DNA of 63,721 bases, the filler included, from Nemertoderma westbladi (taxonomy: Eukaryota > Animalia > Xenacoelomorpha), in the NCBI GenBank assembly GCA_032718475.1. It is 3 parts of 3 records of this genome, joined end to end, with 100 filler letters (N's around TTAATTAATTAA, not from the genome) between each part and the next. Parts side by side here need not be neighbours in the genome. Positions count along the whole stretch, not along the records: positions 31,949 to 59,762 come from JAUCBJ010003129.1; 2 more parts are not named here. One strand, written 5' to 3'. This document shows positions 37,564 through 50,750 of this stretch, piece after piece. A program made the position numbers and the translations under genes. The notes under the pieces were generated by a model. That model saw only the letters and a list, made by a program, of their open reading frames with translations. It was not told where the DNA came from and made no database searches. How positions within the stretch are numbered: position 1 is the stretch's first letter; each line of letters opens with the position of its first letter.

Positions 37564-39661
37564 ATGTGGTTGTTGATTTTGTTGTTTGTGGCGGCTGCCC
37601 AGGCCCACGTTAGCAACCGGCCGCACATCCACGTCGGAGAGGGAATGGACGCCCAAGTAGTGTACACAACCGGTCGCGGTCTACCTATCCGGGGCAACGG
37701 GGTAATGTTCGTTGTCTGCACCACGGACGCGTCTACATTCACCTGCGCCTCGGGAGCTTGCGTTCCGTTGCACGTTATCTGCGACGGATACAACGACTGT
37801 GGGGACGAGAGCGACGAAGTTTGTTCCAAAGACAACCCGGTACCCCAACCCGAACCCCCAAGGTTTGTTCTGTTACTATTGGTTGTCTGACAAATTTAAT
37901 GTATTTTAATATATTTATTTTGTAGGAATTTCTTTCACTATAAATCATTCACACCACTTTAATAACTATACATTTTTATATTGCACTTACCAGTGCCACT
38001 ATGATTTTATTAACTTGTAAAATATAATCATTCAAATAAATGTTACTTTTATCAATTAATAATAAAACTATTTAATTTCCCACAGACTTCCAGGATGCGC
38101 CCAGGGAATGTTCGCGTGCAGCACCGGTGGTTGTATCCTAGAGAACAACGTTTGCAACTCGATCTCGGATTGTCTGGACGGAAGCGACGAGATGTTCTGT
38201 AGCTGCACCCGCAACGAATTCCAGTGCTCCTACGGCCATCCGCGATGCATCCAGGAGGCCTACCACTGCGACGGTTTCTACGACTGCAAAGACAACTCTG
38301 ACGAGGTCGGCTGCCCCGAGAAGCTCATCGCGACCTGCGCCGAAGGAATGTTCAAGTGCAACAACAACCTGTGCATCGAACACGCGATGGTGTGCGACTT
38401 ACTCAACGATTGCGGGGACGGCAGTGACGAAGGTACCTGGTGCCCCACCCCCCAGGAGATCAAGACCCCTTGCGACCCCATCCTACACTTCAGTTGCGGC
38501 AACGAGGTTTGCGTCAGCGTCGACGTGGTCTGCGACGGATTCAACGATTGCGGGGACTACACGGACGAAGGGCCGCAATGCCGAGGCCGAACCTGCAAAC
38601 CGACAATCGAGCGAGCTTGCGACAACGGCGAGTGCATCCGGAGCAACAACTGGTGCGACAACGTTGTGGATTGTTTGGACTCTTCCGACGAGCTGCACTG
38701 CCACGCGCCGCCCCCGCCCCGACCGCAACCGGAACTGCCGCCCCCGAGGATCGTGGAAGCCGTCCCCACCCCGCCCGAGTGCCTCTCCAACCAGTTCCGC
38801 TGCTCCACCGGCGCCCAATGCCTCGCGTTGGACCGCGTCTGCGACGGATTCCCCAACTGCGACGACTCCTCCGACGAAGCCTCCTTCTGCTACCCCCCGG
38901 CGAATCTCGAGCGACCGATTATCGTTGAGACCTGCACCGAGGATGAGTTCCGATGCGACAACGGGCAGTGCGTTCCCGGAATCTGTCTGTGCGACGGCTA
39001 CTACCAATGCGAGGACAGATCGGACGAGGGGACCATGTGCAGACAGGTGGAGCTGATCCAGCAAGCCAAAGTGTGTCATCCCAACGATTTCCGGTGCAAC
39101 AACGGAAAGTGTCTGCACAAAGACTACCTGTGTAACAGCTTGGACGATTGTGGTGACATGTCTGATGAAAGTCTTATCTGCGAATACAGACCCACCGGAC
39201 ACAACTTCAACGGAGCTCAAGGGGGCAACATCTTCAACGGAGCTCAAGGGGGCAACATCTTCAACGGAGCTCAAGGGGGCAACATCTTCAACGGAGCTCA
39301 AGGGGGCAACATCTTCAACGGAGCTCACGGAGCTCAAGGAGGAAACATCTACAACAAGCCACCCACCCATACGACGACCGGGGAGCTGCCCACCAAACCC
39401 GAACCCATCGAGTTCTGCGAAGGTTTTACCTGCAACGACGGACAGTGCATCGAAATGGAGCAGTTCTGCGACTGCGAGATGCATTGCGACGACTTCTCGG
39501 ATGAGGATACCTTCTGCCTCGATTTCCACAGGGAGAGCAACCCGGGACCCATGGTCCATCCCAGACCCGGGTTCCCCAACACTCTACCCGCCGCCAATCG
39601 ACCGGTTATGACAGATTACCGAATGGATCCAGTTACTACCTGTCACCTCTGGCTGATGTAA
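37564..39661 (+). CDS. Secreted protein with 10 LDL-receptor class A modules, copy 2 (exons 37564-37862 and 38086-39661; ~624 aa)
   Basis: Signal peptide MWLLILLFVAAAQA. Ten CDGxxDCxDxSDE-type modules. AG|gt...cag|A phase-2 intron. No TM segment. Confidence 0.9.
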
Positions 39662-41151
39662 CTCCCAAAACTATATCAGAATTGATTGTTAGTTAATAAG
39701 TAAATTGTGCTATAAATTATTATATCGCTATATAGAATCGCAATATAAATAAATAAATATGTAACTAAGAAATTTATGCTGCTTTTTGAGATGTTTAGCT
39801 AAATCATATGTCCCCGGCACTTTTTACACTTTGTATATTCAATTTAAAATTCAAATAATCGTAACAAACTCTGATCGGGTATTACAGTATAACTATTAAC
39901 TCCTACGTACATTTCAATCCTTCCCAACCATGTCGCATATTCCCAAACACCATGATATATATATTCAATCCGGCATAAGGCCCCGGCGGCTTTAATTGAG
40001 TAAAATGGTCTGCCATGTTAAATAAAATTAGTACTCCGCACCAATGACTGACATAAAATCAATTGTGTACAAAATTAAATATAAACAAGTTAATCATGTT
40101 ATTAATGAACTAAAACGGTGGCTGGCGGGTTATGTAGTATGTACAACAAGCATAGTCCCAGTGCCAATGTATTCCCCACCCTATAGTGTGGGGGCGAGCC
40201 ACGTAATGGGCGATGAGTTACTATAGAGCGGCGAAATCGGCTACCTTCTTTATGGCGGCTTCTTTATGAACTGTTTTTACACTGAAAATATAAGTCACTT
40301 GATACGGTAATATAAAAGGCGTATTTCCATATCCCAAAAATTTCGTCTGTGAATTCCCCGTGTCGATATCAACCCGCCTTCGCTTTCAATCCTTACCGGC
40401 TTTAAATAGGTATCTCAGTCGACATTTTAATCTTATTGACGGTTCGGTTCGTTGGTAACGATGTAATAAATTCAGAATTTGTCAAAAGGAATATCTGAGA
40501 TGGCAGTATAATGGGCGTTGAAAGTTACATATTTTGCGTTGAGCTGCGTTGGAGTCCATTTATTCTACATTCTAATATGTAACTTATCAGTAGCTGGGCA
40601 ACAATACAATACAATACCTATTATATATAATAATAATAGTACGGAGCCAGCCATTCATACATAAACAAATGTTCCAGCAACATGCAACATTCAAATGATC
40701 GTAAATCAGTTATTTCCCAAACAAATTCAAATGTTTTTACATATTTGGAATCCATCATCGCGATCTTTCGTTCTCCCCCAACGAATCAACTTTAAGGTTG
40801 AAGAATAATTTTTTCTTAGTAATTGGTTCAAACACCCATGTGAATAATACCAGGATTGTATTGTATTGTAATTGTATATCATTCTGAAGAATTTTGATTT
40901 TTTTAATTTCTCAATACAATATTAAGTATTATACACTATATAGCGCAAAGGACAACTTTGAACTAAGAAATTGATGCTGCTTTTTGAGAAGATATTTAGC
41001 TAATGGGGATAAGTTCGAGCAAATAAACATAAAAATTAAATTAGAATATACGAATTTGTACGAACTGCCTGACAAAGGGGACCTTAAAAGATAATTTATC
41101 AAAAGCCATTTTTAATTTGAGTTGAGCTGTTAATGAGTTAACGTTTAACTG

Positions 41152-41198
41152 GTTAGCGCTACTGATAAGGCCTGATAGGCTGAAACGTATAGCGCAAC
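41152..41198 (+). ncRNA. Minimal type I hammerhead-ribozyme-like motif (core variant), Penelope-type
   Basis: GCGCTA-CTGATAA-GGCCT gat AGGCT-GAAA-CG-TA-TAGCGC: stems I and II pair. The core has A at the conserved G8 position. Confidence 0.55.
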
Positions 41199-42315
41199 GT
41201 ATAGCGCTGGTTCAACCACCGGTGACGCGCTTTCTCATTTTTTCCATTTCTGAACAAAAACCATTACATTTTTTTTTAAATAAGTGGCGCTAGTTGACCG
41301 CAGCAAGTTACATCACGCAAATTTATTAATAAGTTATCTCCACCAAATATCTATCACAATGAAGCTATACAGTGAGGTGCATTAATTCATCTTCATGTGG
41401 CAAACATTCCAGGTCAGTGGAACTAATTAAATAATGTTAGTACATTTATATTATATTGTGGGGGGGGGGGGGGGGGGGTCACACTACGCAAACAGAAGTC
41501 ATCCCTTTTAAGCGAATATAACACCCCCCCCCCCCCCCCCCCCCCCGCCCCCAAATCTCATTTCATTTAAGTAACGCTTTCATAGACTTGGAATCCTTGC
41601 AAGGTCACTTTTTTTTAATTCGGTTACTAACGAACCCAAATAGCTGCGGTGCAACATTGGAAATCGATTCTCCAACTCGGGTAGTAAAAAAAAGTTTAAA
41701 ATAGAAATAGAAAATGACCCGCCCGCCTCTTGACAATGTTAATTTTAGGAAATCCTATAGATATTATAAAAATTCAGAGAGTAAGAGGGCAGTTTTGGCA
41801 GACAATATTGTATCCAGAATTAACAGATATCGAAATTATTGTGGACAGTTCCCTCAAATATAAGCCAAGGGCGATAACAAATACGAAAAAACGTGGATGC
41901 AGCCACATTTTCGGGATCTTAGTAAAAGCTGATTACTATCCTTGCAATGTCACTTTTTTTTTAAATCGGTTGTTTCTTACCCGGTAATAAAAAGTTTGAA
42001 AACTAAATAAATAGATCGATCACATTAAGATATTCGAAAAATTCGAGTGAATATTTCGCAAGACAATATTTTATGACAATTCATACTGTTATCACTAAAC
42101 GCAGTTTAATGGAATAACAAATTTTCTATTTACGTATGTTTAGGAATAACAAATAATTTATTTTGAAGTATTTATATTTAGGAATAACAAATAATTTATT
42201 TTGAAGTATTTATATTTAATGTAATATTAATTTATATTGCGATGAGCGATAGCACAATCTGAACAAATAATGTAGCACGATATTAATGAGTAACTAAGGT
42301 AACGTAACTATAGAG

Positions 42316-44436
42316 TTAGAGCCAGAAATGACAGGTAACTGGATCCATTCTGTAATCTGTCATAACCGGTCGATTGGCTGCGGGAAGGGTGTGAGGGAAG
42401 GTGGGTCTGGTATGGACCATGGGACCGGGGTTGTTATCCCTGTGGAAATCGATGCAGAAGGTATCCTCATCCGAGAAGTCGTCGCAATCAAGCTCGCAGT
42501 CGCATAGTTGCTCCGGTTGAATGCACTGTCCGTCGTTGCAGGTAAAACCTTCGCAGAACTCGATGGGTTCGGGTTTGGTGGGCAGCTCCCCGGTCGTCGT
42601 ATGGGTGGGTGGTTTGTTGTAGATGTTGCCCCCTTGAGCTCCGTTGAAGATGTTTCCTCCTTGAGCTCCGTTGAAGATGTTGCCCCCTTGAGCTCCGTTG
42701 AAGATGTTGCCCCCTTGAGCTCCGTTGAAGTTATGTCCGGTGGGTCTGTATTCGCAGATAAGACTTTCATCAGACATGTCACCACAATCGTCCAAGCTGT
42801 TACACAGGTAGTCTTTGTGCAGACACTTTCCGTTGTTGCACCGGAAATCGTTGGGATGACACACTTTGGCTTGCTGGATCAGCTCCACCTGTCTGCACAT
42901 GGTCCCCTCGTCCGATCTGTCCTCGCATTGGTAGTAGCCGTCGCACAGACAGATTCCGGGAACGCACTGCCCGTTGTCGCATCGGAACTCATCCTCGGTG
43001 CAGGTCTCAACGATAATCGGTCGCTCGAGATTCGCCGGGGGGTAGCAGAAGGAGGCTTCGTCGGAGGAGTCGTCGCAGTTGGGGAATCCGTCGCAGACGC
43101 GGTCCAACGCGAGGCATTGGGCGCCGGTGGAGCAGCGGAACTGGTTGGAGAGGCACTCGGGCGGGGTGGGGACGGCTTCCACGATCCTCGGGGGCGGCAG
43201 TTCCGGTTGCGGTCGGGGCGGGGGCGGCGCGTGGCAGTGCAGCTCGTCGGAAGAGTCCAAACAATCCACAACGTTGTCGCACCAGTTGTTGCTCCGGATG
43301 CACTCGCCGTTGTCGCAAGCTCGCTCGATTGTCGGTGTGCAGGTTCGGCCTCGGCATTGCGGCCCTTCGTCCGTGTAGTCCCCGCAATCGTTGAATCCGT
43401 CGCAGACCACGTCGACGCTGACGCAAACCTCGTTGCCGCAACTGAAGTGTAGGATGGGGTCGCAAGGGGTCTTGATCTCCTGGGGGGTGGGGCACCAGGT
43501 ACCTTCGTCACTGCCGTCCCCGCAATCGTTGAGTAAGTCGCACACCATCGCGTGTTCGATGCACAGGTTGTTGTTGCACTTGAACATTCCTTCGGCGCAG
43601 GTCGCGATGAGCTTCTCGGGGCAGCCGACCTCGTCAGAGTTGTCTTTGCAGTCGTAGAAACCGTCGCAGTGGTAGGCCTCCTGGATGCATCGCGGATGGC
43701 CGTAGGAGCACTGGAATTCGTTGCGGGTGCAGCTACAGAACATCTCGTCACTGCCGTCCAGACAATCAGAGATCGAGTTGCAAACGTTGTTCTCTAGGAT
43801 ACAACCACCGGTGCTGCACGCGAACATTCCCTGGGCGCATCCCGGAAGTCTGTGGGAAATTAAATAGTTTTATTATTAATTGATAAAAGTAAAATTAATT
43901 TGAATGATTATATTTTAAAAGTTAATAAAATCATAGTGCCACTGGTAAGTGCAATATAAAAATGTATAGTTATTAAAGTGGTGTGAAAGATTTATAGTGA
44001 AAGAAATTCATACAAAATAAAATTAAAATACATTAAATTTCATGGTCAGCAATATAAAAGTGTATGCAATATAGCTAATAATTAATGTACTATATTTGTA
44101 CTAGAATTGTCAGACAACCAATAGTAACAGAACAAACCTTGGGGGTTCGGGTTGGGGTACCGGGTTGTCTTTGGAACAAACTTCGTCGCTCTCGTCCCCA
44201 CAGTCGTTGTATCCGTCGCAGATAACGTGCAACGGAACGCAAGCTCCCGAGGCGCAGGTGAATGTAGACGCGTCCGTGGTGCAGACAACGAACATTACCC
44301 CGTTGCCCCGGATAGGTAGACCGCGACCGGTTGTGTACACTACTTGGGCGTCCATTCCCTCTCCGACGTGGATGTGCGGCCGGTTGCTAACGTGGGCCTG
44401 GGCAGCCGCCACAAACAACAAAATCAACAACCACAT
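42316..44436 (-). CDS. Secreted 10xLDLa protein copy 3, inverted (exons 44138-44436 and 42316-43849)
   Basis: Exon 1 encodes the same peptide as copies 1 and 2. Exon 2 is intact with a diverged C-terminus. Confidence 0.9.
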
Positions 44437-45197
44437 GATGGAAGCTACTAGAGGAATCTTTAATAATAAATAACTACACCGGTAAATGAAACTAATTTAA
44501 CGATATCGCAACACAATAAATAGAGGTTGCTAATTTCCCGACGCTTTTATAAGCAACTTAGAAGTTTTAACCTATTGACCCCTTGTTATCACTTATTGAA
44601 AGCGCTGTACACGAGTAGTTGGTTACACGCCCATCATTGCAATTATAGTGAACCAATGGGAAACAAGCTCAGACAATAGGATATGATATTGGTCGAAGTT
44701 ATTAGTTAGATAGGTTTGCTCTTCTACTAACCAAATAATAGGTTGGTTATACAGACAGGCAATATTGGTAAGAAGTAAACAATTAATGGGAAGGTGGGAT
44801 TAATTGAAGGCCAATGGCTGCCCACTCTGTCTCTCAGCAATACAACACATTAGATACACACAATGTTACACTAAGGGGGAACAAATTTACCATCATACAT
44901 TATTGCATTAGTTACACACAGTTAGCGCAATTATTGGGTGGTCGTAAAATATTTTAGACGAATGATATTTGGAATATTAACTATGTGATTCGTGATAAGG
45001 TGTTTTTCTCTGTTATAAAAACTATTACTATCCAACTATTCCTCGAGCTAAAATATAAAAAAAATATAATAAAATACAAAAAAATAAAACAACATATCAC
45101 ACTATACACTCCATATCAATAAAAGCCATATATTACGCTTCATATATCAATATAATATATATTAAAATTTATTAAATATATATTTGATGCTATATAT

Positions 45198-45824
45198 GGC
45201 CCATGTGAAATATTAAAGACTTTCTGCTGTTATATTTAACTTTGCATGTAAAGAATATCAGGTTCTCATGAAAGATTCTGGTTACAATTTTAAGAGCGGA
45301 ATCTAACCAAAACAATAAACGAATTAATATATGTACAGGTTATATGATCGAAATAAGGGATATAAAACACATAAGGATACATTAGTATTGTGTTAGCCTG
45401 ATAGGTAATATTATTAACCTTCCGACTGACCCCCCGTGTAAAGAATATCAGGTTTTCACTTTTCAGTAAAAATTTTATTGAAATGTTCTATGAATATTTT
45501 TATTTTTTTTTTAATTATGCTTATTAAGTGTTTTATAGCGCTAATTCCTGTACAGATACTAATTAGCTCATTGTTTTGGTTAGACTGTGCCTTTCCTTTT
45601 GTAACCTGCGATTTTATTGAAAACCTGCAGAAATCTTCACAAGATAAACTGTAAAAGTGAAATATAACAGCAGAAAGTCTAATTTACGAAAATTTCGGAA
45701 TGACGTCCTCTGTTTTGTGGCCATTATAACTAAAGTGAATAAAAGTGGTGTTTTAAGACCTCTTTTAAACTCAATTTTCCTCACTTAACTTATAGCAGAA
45801 AGTCTGGTATACTTCACATGGGCC
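45198..45824. mobile_element. MITE with GGCC-terminated TIRs
   Basis: GGCCCATGTGAAATATTAAAGACTTTCTGCT versus the reverse complement of the right end, GGCCCATGTGAAGTATACCAGACTTTCTGCT. Confidence 0.75.
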
Positions 45825-46069
45825 TGATTGATGCCCATCTGGCATCATTGAGGATTTTCCCAAAATCGAACGACTTACAATTTGACTTTCCGAAACCAAT
45901 ACAAGTTTAGATTCATTGAGATTGTCATCCAGAATATTTTTACAAATAATTTTAATATTCCATTGAGTAAGATACTATACAACATGCATATTCAATAACA
46001 TACCATTGATCAAACATTCTCAAAGTATTCTCGACTACATACCGTACTCCGATAAACTGGACGACTTAC

Positions 46070-46261
46070 CGCTCTCCCGTACGGGCTCCATCTTCATGTG
46101 TAAGTCGGCCTGTTGGGCGCAAGTTACGTGGAAGGCTGTGTAGCAGTTGGCTTTGTGGCACTGGATGCACGCCCCTATTCCTCGTTGCCGGCAAATATAG
46201 CAGTTCAGTTTCCATCGGGCAGGAGGAATTGCTTTAATGCTGTCCACTGGTTCTAGAAACA
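46070..46261 (-). CDS. BRPF1: BRPF-family exon (PHD2 of the PZP domain)
   Basis: [52 protein letters not shown]. Confidence 0.95.
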
Positions 46262-48483
46262 CTGTAAGTAAAGGGAATTGCTTTAATGCTGTCCACTGGT
46301 TCTAGAAACCCTGTAAGTAAAGGGAATTGCTTTAATGCTTCCACTGGTTCTAGAAACACTGTAAGTAAAGGGAATTGCTTTAATGCTGTCCACTGGTTCT
46401 AGAAACACTGTAAGTAAAGGGAATTGCTTTAATGCTGTCCACTGGTTCTAGAAACACTGTAAGTAAAGGGAATTGCTTTAATGCTGTCCACTGGTTCTAG
46501 AAACACTGTAAGTAAAGGGAATTGCTTTAATGCTGTCCACTGGTTCTAGAAACACTGAAAGTAAAGGGAATTGCTTTAATGCTGTCCACTGGTTCTAGAA
46601 ACACTGTAAGTAAAGGGAATTGCTTTAATGCTGACCACTGGTTCTAGAAACACTGTAAGTAAAGGGAATTGCTTTAATGCTGTCCCCTGGTTCTAGAAAC
46701 ACTGAAAGTAAAGGGAATTGCTTTAATGCTGTCCACTGGTTCTAAAAACACTGTAAGTAAAGGGAATTGCTTTAATGCTGTCCACTGGTTCTAGAAACAC
46801 TGTAAGTAAAGGGAATTGCTTTAATGCTGTCCACTGGTTCTAGAAACACTGAAAGTAAAGGGAATTGCTTTAATGCTGTCCACTGGTTCTAGAAACACTG
46901 TAAGTAAAGGTAATTGCTTTAATGCTGTCCACTGGTTCTAGAAACACTGAAAGTAAAGGGAATTGCTTTAATGCTGTCCACTAGTTCTAGAAACACTGTA
47001 AGTAAAGGGAATTGCTTTAATGCTGTCCACTGGTTCTAGAAACACTGTAAGTAAAGGGAATTGCTTTAATGCTGTCCACTGGTTCTAGAAACACTGAAAG
47101 TAAAGGGAATTGCTTTAATGCTGTCCACTGGTTCTAGAAACACTGTAAGTAAAGGGAATTGCTTTCATGCTGTCCACTGGTTCTAGAAACACTGTAAGTA
47201 AAGGGAATTGCTTTAATGCTGTCCTGGTCCAATGGTTCTAGAAACACTGCAAGTAAAGGGAATTGCTGTAATGCTGTCCACTGGTTCTAGAAACACTGTA
47301 AGTAAAGGGAATTGCTTTAATGCTATCCACTGGTTCTAGAAACACTGTAAGTAAAGGGAATTGCTTTAATGCTGTCCTGGTCCAATGGTTCTAGAAACAC
47401 TGCAAGTAAAGGGAATTGCTGTAATGCTGTCCACTGGTTCTAGAAACACTGTAAGTAAAGGGAATTGCTTTAATGCTGTCCCCTGGTTCTAGAAACACTG
47501 AAAGTAAAGGGAATTGCTTTAATGCTGTCCACTGGTTCTAGAAACACTGTAAGTAAAGGGAATTGCTTTAATGCTGTCCACTGGTTCTAGAAACACTGTA
47601 AGTAAAGGGAATTGCTTTAATGCTGTCCACTGGTTCTAGAAACACTGAAAGTAAAGGGAATTGCTTTAATGCTGTCCACTGGTTCTAGAAACACTGTAAG
47701 TAAAGGTAATTGCTTTAATGCTGTCCACTGGTTCTAGAAACACTGAAAGTAAAGGGAATTGCTTTAATGCTGTCCACTAGTTCTAGAAACACTGTAAGTA
47801 AAGGGAATTGCTTTAATGCTGTCCACTGGTTCTAGAAACACTGTAAGTAAAGGGAATTGCTTTAATGCTGTCCACTGGTTCTAGAAACACTGAAAGTAAA
47901 GGGAATTGCTTTAATGCTGTCCACTGGTTCTAGAAACACTGTAAGTAAAGAGAATTGCTTTAATACTGTCCACTGGTTCTAGAAACACTGTAAGTAAAGG
48001 GAATTACTTTAATGCTGTCCACTGGTTCTAGAAACACTGTAAGTAAAGGGAATTACTTTAATGCTGTCCACTGGTTCTAGAAACACTGTAAGTAAAGGGA
48101 ATTGCTTTAATGCTGTCCACTAGTTCTAGAAACACTGTAAGTAAAGGGAATTGCTTTAATGCTGTCCACTGGTTCTAGAAACCCTGTAAGTAAAGGGAAT
48201 TGCTTTAATGCTGTCCACTGGTTCTAGAAACACTGTAAGTAAAGGGAATTGCTTTAATGCTGTGCACTGGTTCTAGAAACACTGTAAGTAAAGGGAATTG
48301 CTTTAATGCTGTCCACTGGTTCTAGAAACACTGTAAGTAAAGGGAATTGCTTTAATGCTGTCCACTGGTTCTAGAAACACTGTAAGTAAAGGGAATTGCT
48401 TTAATGCTGTCCTGGTCCAATGGTTCTAGAAACACTGTAAGTAAAGGGAATTGCTTTAATGCTGTCCACTGGTTTCAGAAACA
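46225..48483 (-). repeat. 49-bp acceptor-spanning array (~46 copies)
   Basis: Unit ctttacttacag|TGTTTCTAGAACCAGTGGACAGCATTAAAGCAATTCC equals the 3' splice site plus the first 37 nt of the exon. Confidence 0.95.
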
Positions 48484-48571
48484 CCAGTCCGTTGTAAATT
48501 ACGAGTTTATGTCAAGAGTTCATGTGTACGAGTTAATATGACGCGTACGATAAACAAATCTGACGTCATTA

Positions 48572-48781
<210 letters not shown>

Positions 48782-49080
48782 CTACAAAATCGAAACAGAA
48801 TTAAATAAATTAAAGTGATAATCGCGTTGCTAGGATATAGTATGAACAGTTGAGCATAAGTACAAGTAAGCACATGTGCTCACAATTAAGCACACGAAAT
48901 CACAAGCACGCACGTGTGAAGTAAACACAAGTACGTACATGAGATCACAAGTTACGAGACAGATTGTGTGAGTTGCGTGTCTGCGCTTAAAAAAGATATC
49001 TAGATTTTGATATTATTTTTTGTCGAGCAATGATAATGAACGACGTATATAAAATCCGACGTACTCAATATGGTGCTTTG

Positions 49081-50182
49081 GCACATTACACAACTCCCTA
49101 CAACTCACTTGATGTACTGCCAGGTTACACAACTCCCTATAACTCACTTGATGTACTGCCAGGTTACACAACTCCCTCAACTCACTTGATGTACTGGCAC
49201 CTTACACAATTCCCTACAACTCACTTGATGTACTGCCAGGTTACACAACTCCCTACAACTCACTTGATGTACTGCCAGGTTACACAACTCCCTACAACTC
49301 ACTTGATGTACTGCCAGGTTACACAACTCCCTACAACTCACTTGATGTACTGCCAGGTTACACAACTCCCTACAACTCACTTGATGTACTGCCAGGTTAC
49401 ACAACTCCCTACAACTCACTTGATGTACTGCCAGGTTACACAACTCCCTACAACTCACTTGATGTACTGCCAGGTTACACAACTCCCTACAACTCACTTG
49501 ATGTACTGCCAGGTTACACAACTCCCTACAACTCACTTGATGTACTGCCAGGTTACACAACTCCCTACAACTCACTTGATGTACTGCCAGGTTACACAAC
49601 TCCCTACAACTCACTTGATGTACTGCCAGGTTACACAACTCCCTACAACTCACTTGATGTACTGCCAGGTTACACAACTCCCTACAACTCACTTGATGTA
49701 CTGCCAGGTTACACAACTCCCTACAACTCACTTGATGTACTGCCAGGTTACACAACTCCCTACAACTCACTTGATGTACTGCCAGGTTACACAACTCCCT
49801 ACAACTCACTTGATGTACTGCCAGGTTACACAACTCCCTACAACTCACTTGATGTACTGCCAGGTTACACAACTCCCTACAACTCACTTGATGTACTGCC
49901 AGGTTACACAACTCCCTACAACTCACTTGATGTACTGCCAGGTTACACAACTCCCTACAACTCACTTGATGTACTGCCAGGTTACACAACTCCCTACAAC
50001 TCACTTGATGTACTGCCAGGTTACACAACTCCCTACAACTCACTTGATGTACTGCCAGGTTACACAACTCCCTACAACTCACTTGATGTACTGCCAGGTT
50101 ACACAACTCCCTACAACTCACTTGATGTACTGCCAGGTTACACAACTCCCTACAACTCACTTGATGTACTGCCAGGTTACAC
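49081..50182 (-). repeat. 39-bp in-frame donor-spanning array (~28 copies)
   Basis: Unit TGTAACCTGGCAGTACATCAA|GTGAGTTGTAGGGAGTTG (CNLAVHQ|VSCREL). Confidence 0.95.
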
Positions 50183-50330
50183 ATGTCGCAGAACAGAATT
50201 ACGTTGCTGTTTGCGCACTCCCCGTCGTTGCATATAGCACAAACTGCGTCTTCGTCTATAACAGATTGCTCGGCTTTACCGTTGGTACAAAACTCAAAGT
50301 AAGATTCCTTCTCGAGGCGGTCCATCAATC
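50161..50330 (-). CDS. BRPF1: BRPF-family exon (EPC-I end and PHD1 start)
   Basis: [12 protein letters not shown]...[32 protein letters not shown]. Confidence 0.95.
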
Positions 50331-50647
50331 CTAAAAGATATGGATAATCAGTTGCAAACATCATCAGTCTCTCTCACCCACATTACATAAACTCCAGAAG
50401 CCCTACAACACCTCGGAACAACGTACGTAGACTCAGCAATACAATCAGTAAACCGTATAATAATCATTCATCATTATCATACTTTACAATTGTTGTTGAA
50501 ACACTAAATCCGAAGAATAAATACAATATTTATTTATAATCAATAACAGTAATACCGTAAGCAGAATTAACACTGAACCTCATTATACCCAAACAGCCAC
50601 AGTACACTAATTATCTCACTAGCAACTTAATAAATAATAATTCTAAC

Positions 50648-50750
50648 CTTCAAATAAATCCTGACTAACTAATGACAGTTTATTTTCTTGTCGTTCCTCG
50701 TTCATCATCTCCAACCAGGCGTGGTCCTCCTCGTCCATATCATATTCAAC
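50648..50750 (-). CDS. BRPF1: BRPF-family exon (EPC-I)
   Basis: Manual translation gives VEYDMDEEDHAWLEMMNEERQENKLSLVSQDLFE. Confidence 0.92.

Larger units (their letters stand above)
33385..40265 (+). repeat. ~3.53-kb tandem duplication carrying LDLa gene copies 1 and 2
   Basis: ATGs at 34036 and 37564 (offset 3528), with shared flanks and 3' regions. Confidence 0.9.

Noticed and set aside
41459-41552. Poly-G and poly-C inverted tracts
   Set aside because: Simple homopolymers, probably part of a small MITE, with unreliable lengths.
34610-43797. Antisense and alternate-frame ORFs over the LDLa genes
   Set aside because: Shadow ORFs of GC-rich coding sequence with no recognisable domains.
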